A stretch of DNA of 64,000 bases from assembly GCF_009914755.1 (NCBI RefSeq), contig NC_060948.1, one strand, 5' to 3'. Below the pieces are notes generated by a model. The model saw only the letters and a program-made list of their open reading frames with translations, did no database searches and was not told where the DNA came from. Positions 56,501 through 64,000 of this stretch are shown here, piece after piece (the stretch's first letter is position 1; every line of letters starts with the position of its first letter). The translations under genes were made by a program, and so were the position numbers. Source of the DNA: the human T2T-CHM13v2.0 reference genome, Homo sapiens.

Positions 56501-59500
56501 TATGGAATGGAATGCAATGAAACGGAATCGAATGTCATAGAATGTAATGGAATGCAAAAAAATGGACTCCAAAATCATTGACTGGAAAGGCTGGGTGTCG
56601 AAAGGAATTGACTCCAATGGAATGGAATCGAATGGAATGGAAGTGAATAGAATCAAACTAAATCGAATGGAATGGAATTGATAGGAACGGAATGGAAAGG
56701 AATGCAATGATTTGGCATGGAATGGAATCGAATGGCATCGAATGGAATGGAATGGAATGCAATGGAATGGAATGTATTAGAATGTAATGAACTTTAATGG
56801 AATGTACTCGAATGGATTCGACTGGAATGGAATGTTCTGGAAGTGAATGGACTCCAATGGAATGGATTCAAAAGGAATGGAATCGTGCGGAATGGAATCT
56901 AATGGAATGGAATTAAATGGAAATGAATCAAATTGAATAGCACGGAATTGAATTGAATGGAATCGAATGCAATGGAATCTAATGAAACGGAAAGGAAAGG
57001 AATGGAATGGAATGGAATGGGCTGGAATGGAAAGGAATCGAAACGAATGGAATGGAATCGAACTGAAGAGACTGGAATGGAATGCACTGGAATGGAAGGG
57101 AGTGTAATGGAAGGTTCTCGACAAAAATGGAATCGAATGGAATGGAATTGAATGGAACGGAATAGAGTCGAATGGAATTGAATGGAATGGAATGGACTAG
57201 AGTGAAATGGAATCGAACCACAAGGAATGGACAGGAATAGAATGGTCTCGAATTGAATGGAATCGAATGAAATGGCATCAAACGGAATGGAATGTACAGC
57301 CACGGAATGGAATGCACTCGAATGCAATGGAGTCGAAACTAATGGACTGGAATAGAATGGACTCGACTGGTACGGACTCCAATGGAATGGAATCGAATGG
57401 AAGGGAATCGAATGGAATGGACTCGAAGGGAAAAGACTGCAATGGAAAGGTCTCGAATGGAATGGAAATTAATGGAATGGAATGGAATCGAATGAAATGG
57501 AGTCAAAAGGAATGGAATCGAATGGCAAGAAATCGAATGTAATGGAATTGCAAGGAATTGATGTGAACGGAACGGAATGGAATGGAATCCAAAGGAATGG
57601 AATAGAATGGAATGGAATCGAATGGAAAGGACTCGAATGGAAATCACTCGAATAGAATGCAATTTAATAAAATAGGATCAAATGTAATGGAATGGAATGG
57701 AAAGGAATCGAAACGAAAGGAATGGAGACAGATGGAATGGAATGGAACAGAGAGCAATGGTATAGAATGGAATGGAATCATCTGGAATGGAATTGAATGG
57801 AATGGAATAATATGAAATGGAATGGAATGGAATGGAATGCCCTTGAATTAAATGGACTGGAATGGAATGGACTCGAACAGAGTGGAATGGAAAGTGTTGA
57901 GATAGAATGGAATGGACTCCTTTGGAATGGTCTAGTATGCAATGCAATCGACTGGCAGGGAATCAAAAGGAATGTAATCGAATGGATTGGACTGGAATGC
58001 AATGGACTCGAATAGATTGGAAACGGAATGCAAAGGAATGGAATGGAATAGTATGGAATGGAATGGAAAGGAATGGAGTGGAATAGACTAGAGTGGAATG
58101 GAATGGACTCGAAAGCAATGGACTGGAATGGAACTTTCTTGAATGGACTGGAATCAAACGGAATGGAATGCAATGCAATCAAATGGCATGGAATAAAATA
58201 GAATGAAAGAGAATCAAATGGAACTGAATCGAATATAATCGAATGGATTGGAAAGGAATAGAATGGAATGGAATGGAATTGACTCAAATGGAATGGACTA
58301 GAATGGAATGGATTCGAATGGAAGGCAAATGAATGGAATCTATTGGAATGGACTGTAATGGAATGGAATGGAAGGGATTGGAATGGACTCGATTGTAATG
58401 GACTGCAATACAAAGGATGCGAATGGAATGAAAAAGAATTGAATGGAATAGAACAGAATGGAATCAAATCGCATGAAATGGAATGGAATAGAAAGGAATG
58501 GAATGAAATGGAATGGAAAGGATTCGAATGGAATGCAATCGAATGGAATGGAATCGAACGGAATGGAATAAAATGGAAGAAAACTGGCAAGAAATGGAAT
58601 CGAAATGAATGGAGTGTTATGGAACGGACTCAAAAGGAATTGAATGTAATAGAATGGAGTGGAGTGGACTCGAATATAATGGACTTGAATGGAATGAAAT
58701 CACATGGAATGGGAACGAATGGAATCGAATGGAAAGGAATCGAATCGAATGGAAAGGAATCGAATGGAAGGGAATGAAATTGAATCAACAGGAATGGAAG
58801 GGAATAGAATAGACGGTAATGGAATGGACTCGAATAGAATGGACACGAATGCTCAAATTGAATGGACTCGAATGGAATGGAAACGAAAGGAATGTCATCG
58901 AATGGAATTGAATCGATTGGAATGAAATCGCATAGAATGGAGTGGAATCAAATGGAATTGAATCGAAAGGAAAGGAAGCGAATGGACTGAAATGAAATGG
59001 AATGGAATTGAATGGAAAGTAATGCAATGGAATAGAATGGAACGAAATTTCACGGAATGGAATCAAACTGAATGGAATCAAATCAATGGAATCAAATCAA
59101 ATGGAATGGAAAGGAATTGAATGGAGTAGATTGGATTGGATGGGATTGGAATGAAATGTACTGGAAAGGACTCGAATTTCATGAAACGGAATGGAATGAA
59201 TTGGAACGGAATGGACTCGAATGGAATGGAATGTCATGGAATGGCATCAAATGGAATGGCATCAAATGGAATGGAATCGAATGCAATGGAATGCTATGGA
59301 ATGGAATGGAATGCATTGGAATGGAATGTCCTCTAATGGAATGGATTCGAGTGGAATGGAATCGAATATAATGGAGTCGAATGAAATGGAATTGAAAGGA
59401 ATGGGATCGAATACAATGGAATATACTGGAATGAAATGTAATGAACTCGAATGTAATTGACTGGAATGGAATGTACATGAATGGAATGTAATCGAATGGA

Positions 59501-60819
59501 AAGTAATCTAATGGAATAAAATCTAATGCAATAAAATCGACTCAGATAGAGTAGAATGTAATGGAATGGAGTGCAGTGCAATGGAATGGAATGGAATGGA
59601 ATGCAATGGAATGGAATGGAATGGAATGGAATGGAATGGAATGGGATGGAATGGCATGGAATGGATAGTAATGGACTGGAGTGAAATGGACTGGAAAGGA
59701 ATGGACTCAAATTGAAAGGGCTCGAAAGGAATGGAGTCAAATGGAATGGTCTGGAATGGAATGAACACGAATGTAATGCAATCCAATAGAATGGAATCGA
59801 ATGGCATGGAATATAAAGAAATGGAATCGAAGAGAATGGAAACAAATGGAATGGAATTGAATGGAATTGAATTGAATGGAATGGGAACGAATGGAGTGAA
59901 ATTGTATGCAGTAGAAGAGAATAGAATGGAATGCAAGCGAAAGGAAAGGAATGGATTGGAATGGAATGGAATTCATTGGAATGGAAGGGAATGTAGTGTA
60001 ATGGACAGGCCTGGAATAAAGCGGAATGCTACGGTCTCGAATGGAATAAAAATGTATGGAATGGAATGCAATGAAACGGAATCGAATGTCATAGAATGTA
60101 ATGGAATGCAAAAAAATGGACTCCAAAATCATTGACTGGAAAGGCTGGGTGTCGAAAGGAATTGACTCCAATGGAATGGAATCGAATGGAATGGAAGTGA
60201 ATAGAATCGAACTAAATCGAATGGAATGGAATTGATAGGAACGGAATGGAAAGCAATGCAATGATTTGGCATGGAATGGAATCGAATGGCATCGAATGGA
60301 ATGGAATGGAATGCAATGGAATGGAATGTATTAGAAGGTAATGAACTTTAATGGAATGTCCTCGAATGGATTCGACTGTAATGGAATGTTCTGGAAGTGA
60401 ATGAACTCCAATGGAATGGATTCAAAAGGAATGGAATCGTACGGAATGGAATCTAATGGAATGGAATTAAATGGAAATGAATCAAATTGAATAGCACGGA
60501 ATTGAATTGAATGGAATCAAATGCAATGGAATCTAATGAAACGGAAAGGAAAGGAATGGAATGGAATGGAATGGGCTGGAATGGAAAGGAATCGAAACGA
60601 ATGGAATGGAATCGAACTGAAGAGACTGGAATGGAATGCACTGGAATGGAAGGGAGTGTAATGGAAGGTTCTCGACAAAAATGGAATCGAATGGAATGGA
60701 ATTGAATGGAACGGAATAGAGTCGAATGGAATTGAATGGAATGGAATGGACTAGAGTGAAATGGAATCGAACCACAAGGAATGGACAGGAATAGAATGGT
60801 CTCGAATTGAATGGAATCG
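32530..60819 (+). repeat. Near-identical 14,220-bp (four-unit) higher-order tandem duplication
   Basis: Unit lengths 3554/3553/3559/3554 repeat twice. Sequence lines and ORF coordinates match at +14220 (e.g. 35567/49787, 39120/53340, 42679/56899). Only three substitutions were seen by eye. Confidence 0.92.
38238..38315 (+). repeat. Longest allele of an internal near-perfect (GGAAT)n length-variable tract
   Basis: It follows 'gagtgcagtgcaat'. The second run has 9 perfect pentamers here and in U15, versus 8 in U12/U16, 7 in U10/13/14/17 and 5 in U2 and U18. Confidence 0.85.
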
Positions 60820-63800
60820 TATGGAATGGCATCAAACGGAATGGAATGGACAGCCACGGAATGGAATGCACTCGAATGCAATGGAGTCGAAACTAGTGGA
60901 CTGGAATAGAATGGACTTGACTGGTACGGACTCGAAAGGAATGGAATCGAATGGAAGGGAATCGAACGGAATGGACTCGAAGGGAAAAGACTGCAATGGA
61001 AAGGTCTCGAATGGAATGGAAATTAATGGAATGGAATGGAATCGAATGAAATGGAGTCAAAAGGAATGGAATCGATTGGCAAGAAATCGAATGTAATGGA
61101 ATCGCTAGGAATTGATGTGAACGGAACGGAATGGAATGGAATCCAAAGGAATGGAATAGAATGGAATGGAATAGAATGGAAAGGACTCGAATGGAAATCA
61201 CTCGAATAGAATGCAATTTAATAAAATAGGATCAAATGTAATGGAATGGAATGGAAAGGAATCGAAACGAAAGGAATGGAGACAGATGGAATGGAATGGA
61301 ACAGAGAGCAATGGTATTGAATGGAATGGAATCATCTGGAATGGAATTGAATGGAATGGAATAATATGAAATGGAATTGAATGGAATGGAATGGAATGCC
61401 CTTGAATTAAATGGACTGGAATGGAATGGACTCGAACAGAGTGGAATGGAAAGTGTTGAAATAGAATGGAATGGACTGCTTTGGAATGGTCTAGTATGCA
61501 ATGCAATCGACTGGCAGGGAATCAAAAGGAATGTAATCGAATGGATTGGACTGGAATGCAATGGACTCGAATAGATTGGAAACGGAATGCAAAGGAATGG
61601 AATGGAATAGTATGGAATGGAATGGAAAGGAATGGAGTGGAATAGACTAGAGTGGAATGGAATGGACTCGAAAGCAATGGACTGGAATGGAACTTTCTTG
61701 AATGGACTGGAATCAAATGAATGGAATGCAATGCAATCAAATGGCATGGAATAAAATAGAATGAAAGAGAATCAAATGGAATTGAATCGAATGGAATCGA
61801 ATGGATTGGAAAGGAATAGAATGGAATGGAATGGAATGGACTAGAATGGAATGGATTCGAATGGAAGGCAAAGGAATGGAATCTATTGGAATGGTCTGTA
61901 ATGGAATGGAATGGAAGGGATTGGAATGGACTCGAATTGAATGGACTGCAATAGAAAGGATGCGAATGGAATGAAAAAGAATTGAATGGAATAGAACAGA
62001 ATGGAATCAAATCGCATGAAATGGAATGGAATAGAAAGGAATGGAATGAAATGGATTGGAAAGGATTCGAATGGAATGCAATCGAATGGAATGGAATCGA
62101 ACGGAATGGAATAAAATGGAAGAAAACTGGCAAGAAATGGAATCGAAATGAATGGAGTGTTATGGAACGGACTCAAAAGGAATTGAATGTAATAGAATGG
62201 AGTGGAGTGGACTCGAATATAATGGACTGGAATGGAATGAAATCACATGGAATGGGAACGAATGGAATGGAATGGAAATGAATGGAATCGAATGGAAAGG
62301 AATCGAATGGAAGGGAATGAAATTGAATCAACAGGAATGGAAGGGAATAGAATAGACGGTAATGGAATGGACTCGAATAGAATGGACACGAATGCTCAAA
62401 TTGAATGGACTCGAATGGAATGAAAAGGAAAGGAATGTCATCGAATGGAATTGAATCGATTGGAATGAAATCGCATAGAATGGAGTGGAATCAAAGGGAA
62501 TTGAATCGAAAGGAAAGGAAGCGAATGGACTGAAATGAAATGGAATGGAATTGAATGGAAAGTAATGCAATGGAAGAGAATGGAAGGAAATTTCACGGAA
62601 TGGAATCAAACTGAATGGAATCAAATCAATGGAATATAATCAAATGGAATGGAAAGGAATTGAATGGAGTAGATGGGATTGGATGGGATTGGAATGAAAT
62701 GTACTGGAAAGGACTCGAATTTCATGAAACGGAATGGAATGAATTGGAACGGAATGGACTCGAATAGAATGGAATGTCATGGAATGGCATCAAATGGAAT
62801 GGCATCAAATGGAATGGAATCGAATGCAATGGAATGCTATGGAATGGAATGGAATGCATTCGAATGGAATGTCCTCTAATGGAATGCATTCGAGTGGAAT
62901 GGAATCGAATATAATGGAGTCGAATGAAATGGAATTGAAAGGAATGGGATCGAATACAATGGAATATACTGGAATGTAAGGTAATGAACTCGAATGTAAT
63001 TGACTGGAATGGAATGTACATGAATGAAATGTAATCGAATGGAAAGTAATCCAATGGAATAGAATCTAATGCAATAAAATCGACTCAGATAGAGTAGAAT
63101 GTAATGGAATGGAGTGCAGTGCAATGGAATGGAATGGAATGGAATGCAATGGAATGGAATGGAATGGAATGGAATGGGATGGAATGGTATGGAATGGATA
63201 GTAATGGACTGGAGTGAAATGGACTGGAAAGGAATGGACTCAAATTGAAAGGGCTCGAAAGGAATGGAGACAAATGGAATGGTCTGGAATGGAATGAACA
63301 CGAATGTAATGCAATCCAATAGAATGGAGTCGAATGGCATGGAATATAAAGAAATGGAATCGAAGAGAATGGAAACAAATGGAATGGAATTGAATGGAAT
63401 GGAATTGAATGGAATGGGAACGAATGGAGTGAAATTTTATGCAGTAGAAGAGAATAGAATGGAATGCAAGCGAAAGGAAAGGAATGGATTGGAATGGAAT
63501 GGAATTCATTGGAATGGAAGGGAATGTAGTGTAATGGACAGGCCTGGAATAAAGTGGAATGCTACGGTCTCGAATGGAATAAAAATGTATGGAATGGAAT
63601 GCAATGAAACGGAATCGAATGTCATAGAATGTAATGGAATGCAAAAAAATGGACTCCAAAATCATTGACTGGAAAGGCTGGGTGTCGAAAGGAATTGACT
63701 CCAATGGAATGGAATCGAATGGAATGGAAGTGAATAGAATCGAACTAAATCGAATGGAATGGAATTGATAGGAACGGAATGGAAAGGAATGCAATGATTT

Positions 63801-64000
63801 GGCATGGAATGGAATCGAATGGCATCGAATGGAATGGAATGGAATGCAATGGAATGGAATGTATTAGAATGTAATGAACTTTAATGGAATGTACTCGAAT
63901 GGATTCGACTGGAATGGAATGTTGTGGAAGTGAATGGACTCCAATGGAATGGATTCAAAAGGAATGGAATCGTGCCGAATGGAATCTAATGGAATGGAAT

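Larger units (their letters stand above)
1..64000 (+). repeat. DYZ1: Human satellite 3 array, (GGAAT)n on + strand; DYZ1-type ~3.55 kb tandem unit (probably Yq12 heterochromatin)
   Basis: Degenerate GGAAT pentamers run from end to end. A landmark ('ggaatctaatggaatggaattaaatgg') recurs at 39, 3593, 7156, 10705, 14257, 17814, 21383, 24932, 28481, 32013, 35567, 39120, 42679, 46233, 49787, 53340, 56899, 60453 and 63986 (truncated by the window end). This gives unit lengths U1-U18 of 3554, 3563, 3549, 3552, 3557, 3569, 3549, 3549, 3532, 3554, 3553, 3559, 3554, 3554, 3553, 3559, 3554 and 3533 bp. A GGCC site (e.g. 3148-3151) and usually a GAATTC site (e.g. 3109-3114) recur once per unit, as in the classical HaeIII/EcoRI-defined DYZ1 repeat. 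The chromosome assignment is from family knowledge, not from alignment. Confidence 0.95.

Noticed and set aside
1-64000. CRISPR-like or prokaryotic repeat system, DYZ2/Alu/L1 insertion, or inversion
   Set aside because: There are no repeat-spacer units, no non-satellite sequence and no switch to the CATTC strand anywhere in the window.
1-64000. HSat2 or chromosome 9-type HSat3 identity
   Set aside because: HSat2-type CATTCGATTC/ATCATC-rich organisation is not dominant. The strict ~3.55-kb unit with single HaeIII/EcoRI sites fits DYZ1 better.

Overview
The whole 64 kb window is one uninterrupted, single-orientation array of degenerate (GGAAT)n human satellite 3. It is organised as about 18 tandem units of ~3.55 kb, each with one HaeIII site and usually one EcoRI site, which matches the Yq12 DYZ1 repeat. 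I see no protein-coding genes, RNA genes, transposons or DYZ2 blocks; every listed ORF is an artefact of the pentamer repeat. The interest lies in the structure above and below the unit. A very recent 14,220-bp four-unit duplication is built on a 10,666-bp three-unit period, and an older degraded version of the same geometry appears in the left half. There is also a single-unit 3,549-bp duplication, several mosaic units and an internal (GGAAT)n length-variable tract. Up to three canonical heat shock elements (nGAAnnTTCnnGAAn) occur per unit, one of them intact in all 18 units. I do not see evidence for a new gene system. All comparisons were made by eye, so variant lists are minimums.
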